Shown: positions 30,972 through 39,794 of the stretch, one piece after another | Layout of the letters: every line of letters starts with the position of its first letter | Numbering within the stretch: position 1 is the first letter of the stretch | Assembly (NCBI GenBank): GCA_963700145.1 | Contig: OY969474.1 | Location: 4,704,001 to 4,768,000, forward strand | Source of the DNA: an uncultured Acidobacteriota bacterium | GTDB lineage: Bacteria; Acidobacteriota; Thermoanaerobaculia; Multivoradales; UBA5704 | Length of the DNA stretch: 64,000 nt | Direction: 5' to 3' | Position numbers and translations under genes: made by a program | The notes under the pieces: model-generated | Databases searched by the model: none | What the model saw: the letters and a program-made list of their open reading frames with translations, nothing else | What the model was told of the DNA's origin: nothing

Positions 30972-31225
30972 AGCGTCGCGCCGGGTGGCTCGGCGTCAGA
31001 CCCGAGGGCGGCGCGTGGTATAACGCCGCGCGATGCGCAGAGCCGCTGTCCTCGTGCTCCTGGCCGTGCTGGCGGTCCCTCTCGTGGGTGCGCTGGGCGG
31101 CCTCGACTGCGACGATTGCGGCGCGCGCGCTCCTGCCGCCGAAGTGAAGCGCCGCGGCGGGCGGTTTCGGCGTACAATGGCGCCGCCGAAGTAAAGCGCC
31201 GCGGCGGGTGGTTCGGCGTACAATG
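30948..31225 (+). repeat. Direct repeat B, three copies (30948-30996, 31124-31179, 31182-31225) of the GDE 3' end plus downstream hairpin
   Basis: (CGCGCGCT.CT)GCCGCCGAAGT(AG/GA/AA)AGCG.CGCG.CGGG.GG..TCGGCGT(ACAATG). Each copy encodes ...PPK* with a different stop codon. Confidence 0.85.
31033..31194 (+). pseudogene. Truncated/chimeric small ORF: signal peptide + CDDC, then runs into repeat B
   Basis: TGGTATAAC extended -10 upstream; MRRAAVLVLLAVLAVPLVGALGGLDCDDC, then fused to the repeat sequence. Confidence 0.45.
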
Positions 31226-31308
31226 ATCCGCGAGCCGCCGCCCTTCCCCCCTGGCATGCGCTCTCCGACCGACCTGCGCAACGCGCGGGGCGGGGCGCCG
31301 GGCCGACG

Positions 31309-33090
31309 ATGACCACCGCAAGGAAACTCTGGCTTGGATTCGGGACGCTGACGGCCCTGCTGGTGCTGTCGAGCGTGGCGATCATCGTTCGTGCCCGGTC
31401 CATCGCGACGGACCAAGCTCCCGGCGGCGCGGCGCTGCAAGAGGCGCAGACCATCGTGGGCTTCGCCCTGATCGTGCTCCTCGTCGGGGCGGTCATCGCT
31501 GTGGTGACGAGCGTGATCGTCGGCAGGGGCATCGTCAAGGCGGAAGGGTTGGAGCGGCAAAACCGGGAGCTGTTGACGACCTCCGAGGTCCGCTATCGGC
31601 GGCTGTTCGAGTCGGCCCGGGACGGCGTCCTGATCCTCGACGCCGGCACCGCCAGGATCACCGACGCCAACCCCTTCATCGGCGAGCTGCTGGGCTACTC
31701 GCCCACCGAGCTGATCGGCAAGGAGCTCTGGGAGATCGGGCTGTTCAAGGACCAAGGGGAGAGCAAGGCCGCGGTCCGCGAGCTGCAAGAGGAGAAATAC
31801 ATCCGCTACGAAGACCTGCCGCTGGAGAGCAAACCGGGGCGTCGGGTCGACGTGGAGTTCGTCAGCAACGTGTATATCGAGGACCATCATTCGGTCATCC
31901 AGTGCAACATCCGCGACATCACCGAGCGGAAGCGGTTGGATGACGAGCTGCGACAGTACGCCGCCGACCTCTCCGAGTCCGACCGCCACAAGAACGAGTT
32001 CTTGGCGATGCTGGCCCACGAGCTCCGCAACCCCCTGGCGCCGATCTGCAACGCCCTGCAGATCATGCGGCTGACGGGCGGCAACGGGGAGGCGGCCGAC
32101 ATGCTCGACCGTCAGGTCGGCCAGATGGTGCGGCTGGTGGACGACTTGCTCGACGTGAGCCGCATCAGCCGGGGCAAGATCGAGCTCCGCAAGGGGCGGA
32201 TCGAGCTGGCGTCCGCCGTCCATCACGCCGTGGAAGCCGCCCGCCCGCTCGTCGCGAGCATGGGCCAGGAGCTGACCGTCACGCTGCCGCCCGAGCCGAT
32301 CTACCTGAACGCCGACCCGACGCGGCTGGCGCAGGTGGTGGGGAACCTGCTGAACAACGCCTGCAAGTACACCGAGAGGGGCGGCCGCATCCGGCTGACC
32401 GTCGAGCGGGAGGGCGAGCAGGCGGTCATGGCGATACGGGACAACGGCATCGGCATCGCCGCCGACCAGCTGCCCCTGATCTTCGACATGTTCTCGCAGG
32501 TCCGGGGCCCGCTGCTGGGTTCGCAGGGCGGCTTGGGCATCGGGCTGACGCTGGTGAAGAGGCTGGTGGAGATGCACGACGGCACGGTGGAGGCCCGCAG
32601 CGCCGGCGTCGGTCAGGGCAGCGAGTTCGTCGTGCGCCTGCCGATCACGGCCGCTGCGCCGGAGCCGCCGCCGCCACAGCTGGCCGCCGGCGTGCCGGCG
32701 CCCCAGACCGCCCGGCGCATCCTCGTCGTCGACGACAACCCGGACACGGCGACGTCGCTTGCCACGTTGTTGCAGCTGACCGGCAACGAGACGCACATCG
32801 CCCACGACGGCCTCGAGGCGGTGGCGGCGGCGGCGGCGTTCCGGCCCGACATCGTGCTGCTCGACATCGGCTTGCCGAAGATGAACGGCTTCGAAGCGGC
32901 CCGCAAGATCCGCGCGGAGCCATGGGGCAGGGCGATGGTGCTGGTGGCCCTGACCGGGTGGGGTCAGGAGGAAGACCGCCGCGAATCCCGTGAGGCGGGG
33001 TTCGACGCCCACATGGTCAAGCCGGTGGAGTACGCTGCCCTCACGAACCTGTTGGCCGAGTTGCAGCCGCCCGTGGGGACCCCCGGCTAA
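31309..33090 (+). CDS. Hybrid PAS sensor histidine kinase/response regulator
   Basis: Two TM helices, PAS (YRRLFESARDG..DITERK), LAHELRNPL, NLLNNACKY, DNGIG, GGLGIGL, receiver LVVDDN/LLDIGLP. Confidence 0.93.
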   Translation: MTTARKLWLGFGTLTALLVLSSVAIIVRARSIATDQAPGGAALQEAQTIVGFALIVLLVGAVIAVVTSVIVGRGIVKAEGLERQNRELLTTSEVRYRRLFESARDGVLILDAGTARITDANPFIGELLGYSPTELIGKELWEIGLFKDQGESKAAVRELQEEKYIRYEDLPLESKPGRRVDVEFVSNVYIEDHHSVIQCNIRDITERKRLDDELRQYAADLSESDRHKNEFLAMLAHELRNPLAPICNALQIMRLTGGNGEAADMLDRQVGQMVRLVDDLLDVSRISRGKIELRKGRIELASAVHHAVEAARPLVASMGQELTVTLPPEPIYLNADPTRLAQVVGNLLNNACKYTERGGRIRLTVEREGEQAVMAIRDNGIGIAADQLPLIFDMFSQVRGPLLGSQGGLGIGLTLVKRLVEMHDGTVEARSAGVGQGSEFVVRLPITAAAPEPPPPQLAAGVPAPQTARRILVVDDNPDTATSLATLLQLTGNETHIAHDGLEAVAAAAAFRPDIVLLDIGLPKMNGFEAARKIRAEPWGRAMVLVALTGWGQEEDRRESREAGFDAHMVKPVEYAALTNLLAELQPPVGTPG

Positions 33091-33887
33091 CCGTACGCCG
33101 CGCGCCGGCGCAGCGCCGCGAAGCCGAACAGGGCCAAACAAACACTCAGAACGATCATCGCCCACTCCGAGAGCGTGGGAATCGCCGCGACGGAAGGCGG
33201 GAAGGCGGGACCGCCGCTGCAGAGGGTGACCTGGTTGTTGTCCAGCGTCACGGCACCGTTCCGCGCCAAGGTCCTTCCGCTCACGTTGGCGCCGGTATTC
33301 AGGGTGATGCTGGTGAGCGCGACGATGCTTCCCGCCAGCGCGGTGCCCGTGCCCAGCGTCGCCGAGCTGCCGACCTGCCAGAACACTCCGCAGCTCGATG
33401 CACCGTTGATCAGCAGGACCGACGAGGCGCTCGCGGTCGTGAGCGTGCTCCCCATCTGGAAGACGAAGACGGCATTGGAGTTGCCTTGCGCGTCGAGAGT
33501 GAGCGTTCCCGTCAACTGGGCCGAGGACGCAAAACAGTAGACGCCCGGCGTGAGCGTCTTTCCACCCAGATCCTGCCCGGTCAGGTCGGTGTTGCACGCC
33601 CCGCTCGCCAGGGTGTTGTACAGGGTGGTGAGCTCGGTCTGAGCCCCGGCGGCTACCGCATCGGCGGCGTGGATCGACCCTCCAACCACGATCCCCGGAG
33701 GAAAGCCGGTGACCGAGCTGCCCGGGCTGACGCCCAGATTGCCGGTCACGATCGTCGGGCCGGTATTGGTCACCGCCGAGCCACCGAGCACCGCGAACGA
33801 GCTCAGCGGCTGGGCGCCTGCAGTGGCAGGGCCGTAAACGAGTGCGGCGAATCCCAGGGCCAGGGCAGTCAGGCACTTGCGGTTCAT
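33087..33887 (-). CDS. Ice-binding-family (DUF3494) protein with IPTL-CTERM sorting signal
   Basis: FAVLGGSAVTNTGPT, DLGGKTLTPGVY, LTLDAQGN, VFWQVGSSATLG, GRTLARNGAVTLD. C-terminal IPTLSEWAM+TM+RRR. Confidence 0.9.
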   Translation of the reverse strand: MNRKCLTALALGFAALVYGPATAGAQPLSSFAVLGGSAVTNTGPTIVTGNLGVSPGSSVTGFPPGIVVGGSIHAADAVAAGAQTELTTLYNTLASGACNTDLTGQDLGGKTLTPGVYCFASSAQLTGTLTLDAQGNSNAVFVFQMGSTLTTASASSVLLINGASSCGVFWQVGSSATLGTGTALAGSIVALTSITLNTGANVSGRTLARNGAVTLDNNQVTLCSGGPAFPPSVAAIPTLSEWAMIVLSVCLALFGFAALRRRAAYG

Positions 33888-33917
33888 TAGGGACCCCTCC
33901 TTCCCGAGTTGACGGCG

Positions 33918-33945
33918 ATCATAGGGGGTTTCTTGTCGAGGTCAA
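33918..33945 (-). promoter_or_regulatory. Putative sigma70 promoter of the ice-binding gene
   Basis: Minus strand TTGACC-N16-TATGAT. Confidence 0.45.
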
Positions 33946-33962
33946 AACAGGGCCGTGGCTCG

Positions 33963-33978
33963 TGGCTCGCTTCGTGCA
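33963..33978 (+). promoter_or_regulatory. Putative sigma54 promoter of 34017 gene
   Basis: TGGCTCGCTTCGTGCA (GG-N10-GC). Confidence 0.45.
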
Positions 33979-34016
33979 GCTCTCCCATTGGGTTCACCTC
34001 ACTGAAAGGATGGCTC

Positions 34017-34460
34017 ATGAAGCGACGCATGGTTCTGGGTTTGTCTGCTCTCTTGCTTGTCCTGATCGCGGCGGCGCCGGCCGGCGCCGTGGCTGAGACG
34101 ACGATCTGTCGGATGGACTACACGCTCAAGGGCTGGTCCGCGTTCTACAAGACGTCGCGCGGATCGGGAACGATCACCTGCGACAACGGTCAGACGGCGA
34201 GGGCGAAGCTCTCCGGCAAGGGCGGCGGCCTGACGGCCGGCAAGTCCCAGATCCGGGAAGGCTACGGGACGTTCTCCGAGGTCGCCGACATCGGCGAGCT
34301 GTTCGGCACCTACGCCAGCGCGACCGCCGCGGCCGGCGCCGTCAAGTCGTCCGAGGCGCAGGCCCTCACCAAGGGTGAGGTCTCCCTGGCCCTGGCCGGC
34401 AACGGCACGGGCGTGGAGCTCGGCGTCAGCTTCGGCAAGTTCACGATCACCAGGCGGTAG
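34017..34460 (+). CDS. Secreted hypothetical protein (Gly-rich beta protein, 2 Cys)
   Basis: SD AAAGGA; signal peptide MKRRMVLGLSALLLVLIAAAPAGA; GC3-rich coding pattern. Confidence 0.75.
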   Translation: MKRRMVLGLSALLLVLIAAAPAGAVAETTICRMDYTLKGWSAFYKTSRGSGTITCDNGQTARAKLSGKGGGLTAGKSQIREGYGTFSEVADIGELFGTYASATAAAGAVKSSEAQALTKGEVSLALAGNGTGVELGVSFGKFTITRR

Positions 34461-34465
34461 TCCCC
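34351..34465 (+). repeat. Direct repeat C, copy 1 (115 bp; 3' end of 34017 gene)
   Basis: Matches 39088-39202 at 111/115 positions. Confidence 0.93.
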
Positions 34466-34534
34466 AAGGCTGCCGCGCGCCTTCGCGAGCGGCGGCCGTC
34501 CCCCTTTCTTGAAGTTGACGACTGTGCGGACGCG

Positions 34535-36827
34535 TCAGAACGCTAGGGTGAGGTCGAGCATGAACATGTCGGCCTGATAGTCGCCGTTGTTGGCGTTGAG
34601 CAGCAGCGCGCCCGGCAGGTAGTTCCGCAGGTCCTGCAGGATGAAGCTGTCGATCGTGTAGTCCTCATGGCGGTACGTGAAACCCGCCTCGGCCCCTTCG
34701 GCGATGCGGTAGTCGAGTCGCCCCTGGAGGGCGAAGAGCTCGATGTCCTCGTAGTTCGGCAGATCGATCGGCGCCGTGCGCGTCCCGAGCGGCAGGCCGC
34801 TCGGGACGGCGAAGAAGTCGGCGAAGCCGTCGGACTCCGTCCAGTTGCCCGAGACGTCCGCCGTCCAGCCTTTGGCGAAGCGACTGGTCAGGCCGAGCCC
34901 CCAGGTGTCGTTGACCTCGTCGAAGTCGATCGACCAATCGTCGAGCGGCCGCGTCGAAGGGGCGCTGCCCGACTGCCGGCCGCGCTGGGAGACGTCGCGG
35001 TCGGCGCGGTGGCCGAAGAGGTAGAAGTTGAGCTTCTCGCCCGGGGCGTACGAGACCTCGGCGTTGTACTGGATGACCTCGTCGGCGAGGAGCCCGTGCG
35101 CGCTCTCGTCGTACTCCTCCTCGCGGCCGGTGATGCCGGCGGTGAAGGTCCAGGCGTCGGTGGGGTAGAAGTCGGCCAGCAGCCGCCACTGGTCGTACTC
35201 CCGCGCCGCCTGCGCGTACTTGCGCAGCCCGGGCTGGTTGTTGGTCCCTTCGGGATCGGCGAAGCTCTCCTCCTGCGCCTCGACCCGGTAGCCGTCGATC
35301 GAGCGGTCGGCGATCTCGTAGCTCGCCCGGAGGTTGAGCCGGCGGCTCGGCCGCGTGTCGAAGCTCAGGGTCACGACGTCCTCGTCGGAGCCCTCCACTT
35401 CGCGAAACTCGCGGTCCCAGGTCTGCCGCCGGTAGGCCAGGCCCAGGCTGCTGTCGCGGAAGATCTCCCAGTCGAGGTCGAAGCCGAGGTCCTGCCGGGT
35501 ATAGGCGTAGGGGACGGTGATGCGCGGGATCTCCTCCCAGACCGAGTGGAAGCGGACGTAGCCGGGGAACTCGATCCGCGGCGAGCGGTTGTCGTAGTCG
35601 TAGTAGCGGTAGCGGAAGACCAGCGACACGTCCTCGCCGACGCGCGTGCCGACGTCGCCGTTGAGCGCCAGCACCTGCACCTCGGTGTCGGCGTTGCGCA
35701 CCGGCAGGTTGGCGGGGTCCGTCGCGTCGAAGGTGGCGTGGGTGTGCGGATCGATGCCCCGGATTGCGCTGTTGAGCGTGAACGGCAGCAGCACGTCGTC
35801 CTGCGTCATGAGGTTGTACGAGGCGCTGCCACTCGCCCACCAGTCCCCGGCGAAGCGGGCGCGGCCGTCGGCGAAGACGACGCTCGAGCGGTTGTCGGGC
35901 GCCAGGTCGGCGAAGCCGCGGGCGGCGCCGTTGATCGACGAGCTGCTCGGCGACTGGTAGGCGTTGGCGTCCGTCGAGTCGGTGGCGCGGAACGGGTTGT
36001 CCCAGACGAGGGTGCTGACGTCGTTCTCGAAGACCGAGTGGCGGATGCCGAAGCGCGCCCCGCCGCGCTCGCCCTTCCACTCGCCGGCGAGCTCGGCGCC
36101 GGTGGTGTCGTACTCGATGGGCTCCGGCAGCTCGGTGACGTTGTTGAAGCCGAACGAGGCACCGAAGGGGCGGGTGCCGCTGCGGTTCTCGTGCGTGTAC
36201 TCGAGCCCCCAGGCGAGCCGCCCCATCTTGCCGAGGTCGATCCGCGCCAGCGTGCGGTCGCGCCGCAGGCCCAGGCTCACCTCCTGCTCGGCGGCGAGGT
36301 AGGGGGCGAGGACGCCGTCGAGGAAGGCGAAGGTGACGCCGGTGCGGTTGGCGGTGAACTGCTGCTGCACGGCGCCCTGGATCGCCGCCTGCACCGGGTC
36401 GGCGATCTCGTAGACGCCGGGGCCGGTCCGGCTCCAGAGCATGCGGCCGCCGTTGCCGAAGCGGTGGGGGATCTTGTTGTAGTCGAGCCGCAGCTCGTAG
36501 CGCCCGGAGAGGCCGTAGGCGAGGGTGTAGCGGGCGTCCTCGCGGCCGATGCGGGAGGCGGCGAGGTCGAAGGTGCGGCTGCGGTCGGCGCTCTCGCCCT
36601 CGACGTCGAGGGCGGCGAGGAAGCCGCTGCCGAGGTCGCGGTACTCCTCGAGCTTGGCCGAGTCGGTGTCGACGTCGGTCTCGAGCACGGCGAAGACGAG
36701 CGGATCGACGCGGAAGCTGAACCCCTGCGCCGCGGCGTCCTGGGCCGCGGCCGGCGCGCCGGCGGCGAGGGCGAGGGAGCGCGGCGAGGACGACGGCGGC
36801 CGGCGGCGTGGTCGTGCGGGCGTCCAT
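34535..36827 (-). CDS. MtrB/PioB/MtoB-family outer-membrane beta-barrel; apparent 1-bp frameshift in the signal peptide (GGG at 36775-36777)
   Basis: AKLEEYRD, ELPEPIEYDT, LVWDNPF, LAPDN, C-terminal Phe. SD GGAGG + ATG at 36827 is out of frame by one extra base. Directly follows the decaheme gene. Confidence 0.85.
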
Positions 36828-36836
36828 GGCGTCCTC

Positions 36837-37790
36837 CTAGTGCGCCAGGTACGGCGCGGACGGATGGTTGCTGCCGTGGATCGCGGCGTGACAGTCCAGG
36901 CAGGCCCGGTTGAAGACGCGGTTGCTGCCGCGCGCCGGGTCCTCGAGGGTCGGCACGCGCAGGCCGTCGTAGAGGCTCCCGGGGTGGCGGGTGTTGGCGT
37001 GGCACTGCTGGCACAGGTACGGCACCGATGTCTTCTGCAGCTTCAAGTGGTTCGAGCCGTGCGGCGTGTGGCAGTTGAGACAGCTCTCGCGCACCGGCGG
37101 ATGGTCCCAGAGGAACGGACCGCGCTTCTCGGTGTGGCAGGAGTAGCACTGGTCGTTGACCGAGGCGGCGCGGATCAGCTTCGGGGTCGAGGCGCCGTGC
37201 GGGTTGTGGCAGTCGGAGCAGGAGATCTTGCCCTCGCGGATCGGATGGTGGGAGTTCTTCCAGGTCTCGGCGCGGACGTCCTTGTGGCAGGCGAAGCACT
37301 GCTCGGCGACGGTGGCCGACTTGAGCTGCGCCTGCTCGGTCTTGGGCGCATGGACGCTGTGGCAGGAGATGCAGGAGAGGCCGCGCATCTGATGGCGGCT
37401 GCCCTGCCAGAACATCTGCTGGCCGCCGTCGTGGCAGGTGCGGCAGACCGCGACCTGCGCCGGGACGCTCAAGCGGTCGACGCGGGGGTGGAGCGCCGGG
37501 TCGTCCGGGTCCTCGGCGTGCGCGCCGCCGGGACCGTGGCAGGTCTCGCACCCCAGGTCCGAGAGCCGCGCGAAGGCCGCCTTGCCGTGCGGCGTGCCGG
37601 CGAGGTGCGTCGCTTCGGTGTCGTGGCAGGCGGCGCAGGTCTCGGTCCCCACGTAAGCGGCCGCCGTGGCCGCGTGCGCGGGCGCCGGCTGTGACTCGGT
37701 GGGTTCCTGCTGGGGGGTGGCGCCGCTGCCGGAAGCGGCGGCGAGGAGCGTACCCGCGGCGACCGGAACCAACAGGTAAGGAAGCCTCAT
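36837..37790 (-). CDS. DmsE/MtrA/PioA/MtoA-family periplasmic decaheme cytochrome c
   Basis: Signal peptide; 10 CxxCH counted; EKRGPFLWDHPPV and C-terminal IHGSNHPS signatures. Confidence 0.93.
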   Translation of the reverse strand: MRLPYLLVPVAAGTLLAAASGSGATPQQEPTESQPAPAHAATAAAYVGTETCAACHDTEATHLAGTPHGKAAFARLSDLGCETCHGPGGAHAEDPDDPALHPRVDRLSVPAQVAVCRTCHDGGQQMFWQGSRHQMRGLSCISCHSVHAPKTEQAQLKSATVAEQCFACHKDVRAETWKNSHHPIREGKISCSDCHNPHGASTPKLIRAASVNDQCYSCHTEKRGPFLWDHPPVRESCLNCHTPHGSNHLKLQKTSVPYLCQQCHANTRHPGSLYDGLRVPTLEDPARGSNRVFNRACLDCHAAIHGSNHPSAPYLAH

Positions 37791-37890
37791 CGAGCCCTCC
37801 TCCCGCGTGCAGGTCGGGTGGGACCGAGACCGAGCAGTTGATTCTAGAATAGCTCCAAACGGATTGATTGCAACCTCGAAAGGGGCGACC

Positions 37891-38250
37891 ATGAAAGCCA
37901 CTCTCGTCCTCGCCGGCGCCGTCTCCGCCCTGCTCCTGGTTCTCACCGTCTCGACGCCCGCCACCGCCGCCGCCCCGGCCAAGCTCGACGGCAAGGCGAT
38001 CTTCCTCGCCCAGAAGTGCAATCTCTGTCATGACGTCTCGTCGGCGGCCATCACCGCGACGACCAAGTCCGCGACGCTGAAGGGTCCCGACCTGACTGCC
38101 AAGGCGAGCAAGCGCGACGCCCGCCTGCTCAACGACTACCTCCGCAAGAAGGCCGACATCAACGCCAAGAAGCACAAGAAGGAGTTCAGCGGCAGCGACG
38201 AGGAGATCGGCGCCCTGATCGCGTGGCTGCAGGCGCAGGAGAAGAAGTAA
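37891..38250 (+). CDS. Periplasmic monoheme cytochrome c (MtoD-like, probably bis-His)
   Basis: Signal peptide, CNLCH, GPDL; no Met in the mature domain, one distal His (KKHKK). Confidence 0.8.
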   Translation: MKATLVLAGAVSALLLVLTVSTPATAAAPAKLDGKAIFLAQKCNLCHDVSSAAITATTKSATLKGPDLTAKASKRDARLLNDYLRKKADINAKKHKKEFSGSDEEIGALIAWLQAQEKK

Positions 38251-38259
38251 GTCGCCGGC

Positions 38260-38874
38260 ATGCCCTTCTTCGCGGAAGCCCTCGCGGTCCTCACTCTGGT
38301 CACCATCGCGCTGGCCGCGCTGGTGGCCCTGCGGCCGGCGCTGACCGCGGCGCGCGGCGGCAAGGTCCTGGCTTTCCTCGCCCTCTTGGTGCTGCCGCTG
38401 TCGGTGACGGCGCTCGGGCTGTCGGCCCACGTGGAGCGCTCGAAATCGACCGAGTTCTGCCTCTCCTGCCACGTCATGGAGCCCTACGGCAAGAGTCTGC
38501 GGGTGGACGACGCGGCGTTCGTGCCGGCCAGCCACTACCAGAACAACCGCGTGCCGCGCGAGAAGGCCTGCTTCACCTGCCACACCGACTACACGATGTT
38601 CGGCGACGCCAAGGCGAAGCTGCGCGGCCTGCGGCACGTCTACGTCTACTACCTCGCCGGCGCGCCGGAGAAGATCGCGCTCTACGAGCCCTACAACAAC
38701 CGCGAGTGCCTGTACTGCCACGCCGGCGCGCGCAGCTTCGAGGAGAGCGAGCTGCACGTCGAGATCCGCGACGAGCTGCGCGCCAACCGGACGTCGTGCC
38801 TGGAGTGCCACGACGTGGTCCACGAGGTGGACCAGCTCGCCGGCAAGCCGCTGTGGAAGGAGGCCCGGCGATGA
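38260..38874 (+). CDS. NapC/NirT/CymA-family membrane tetraheme cytochrome c
   Basis: N-terminal TM helices; EFCLSCHVM, CFTCH, CLYCH, CLECH. Confidence 0.88.
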   Translation: MPFFAEALAVLTLVTIALAALVALRPALTAARGGKVLAFLALLVLPLSVTALGLSAHVERSKSTEFCLSCHVMEPYGKSLRVDDAAFVPASHYQNNRVPREKACFTCHTDYTMFGDAKAKLRGLRHVYVYYLAGAPEKIALYEPYNNRECLYCHAGARSFEESELHVEIRDELRANRTSCLECHDVVHEVDQLAGKPLWKEARR

Positions 38875-39077
38875 GCGCGGCCGAGCCGCTGCTCGCCCGC
38901 CGCTTCAAGATCGCCGCGGTGCTGGTGTCGCTCGGCCTGGCGATCGAGGCGCTGACCCTCTTCTGGGCCCACCCCACGGCCTTCCTCGCCTTCCTCCTGA
39001 TCGGCGGCACCCTCGTCGCCGCCGGCGTGCTCCTCTACCTCTTCTCGATCGTCAGCTACACGACCGCACCGCGGTAG
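38871..39077 (+). CDS. Small 2-TM membrane protein coupled to the tetraheme gene
   Basis: ATGA overlap, SD AAGGAGG; two hydrophobic helices. Confidence 0.7.
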   Translation: MSAAEPLLARRFKIAAVLVSLGLAIEALTLFWAHPTAFLAFLLIGGTLVAAGVLLYLFSIVSYTTAPR

Positions 39078-39087
39078 CGGGCGCCCA

Positions 39088-39202
39088 CCGAGGCGCAGGC
39101 GCTCACCAAGGGAGAGGTCTCCCTGGCCCTGGCCGGCAACGGCACGGGCGTGGAGCTCGGGGTCAGCTTCGGCAAGTTCACGATCACCAGGCGGTAATCC
39201 CC
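39088..39202 (+). repeat. Direct repeat C, copy 2 (orphan 3' gene fragment)
   Basis: Encodes EAQALTKGEVSLALAGNGTGVELGVSFGKFTITRR*, identical in protein to the end of 34017-34460; no start codon. Confidence 0.93.
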
Positions 39203-39254
39203 CCCCGAGGCCGCCGAACTCTCTCGACTGACGAGGGAGTGGGGAGGAGGAGAT

Positions 39255-39740
39255 CGGGAGAGCTCCCGCCGTCTTCCGGAAAGCGGATGGGGACGGTCGG
39301 AACGCTCCCGGAGGCCGGGGAAACGCGGCGGAGGCGCCGGGGAAAGCTCTGCGGGCAAGTCGGAACTCTGCCTGCCCAGCGCAGAGCGCGGGAGCCCGCC
39401 GACGCTCGCGCGGAGCGCTCCGGCGGTGCGCGGGCCCTGGGAGCGGCTGTCGCGGACCCTGCAGAGAGTCGGTTGGAGGCGGCGCCGGCTCCGCCGGCCG
39501 GCTCGTGCGGGCCGCCAGAGCCCGCGCCCGCGCGCCCGCAATCGCGCCGTGGACCCCCGGAGCGCTCCCGCGGCCGCCGGGAGCATTCTCTCGTCGTCCG
39601 GGAGCTTTCCCGGCCATCCGGGAATGCTCCCGGTCTCGCTGGGAGAATTTCGCTCTCGCCTGGGAATGCTCTGGCCGAGCGCGGGAGTCCTTCCGACGTC
39701 ATGAGGGGCCTTCCCGGGCGCTCCGGGAGCTTTTCCCGGC
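39255..39740. repeat. Degenerate 21-bp tandem array with palindromic core (cGGGA-gcnn-TCCCg)
   Basis: GGA core at 39257, 278, 299, 319, 341, 362 and again at 39559, 580, 601, 621, 642, 663, 684, (705), 726. Spacing 20-22, mostly 21. Confidence 0.8.
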
Positions 39741-39794
39741 CGCGTCGGGGGTCCGCCGTGAGCCTCCCGCCGAATTCTCAGATCGACCTAGCCT

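Noticed and set aside
37791-37890. FNR box in the divergent cytochrome promoter
   Set aside because: Only TTGAT half-sites and a short ATTCTAGAAT palindrome; no TTGAT-N4-ATCAA.
39255-39740. CRISPR array
   Set aside because: Units are ~21 bp in total, with degenerate cores, no 30-40-bp unique spacers and no cas genes in the window.
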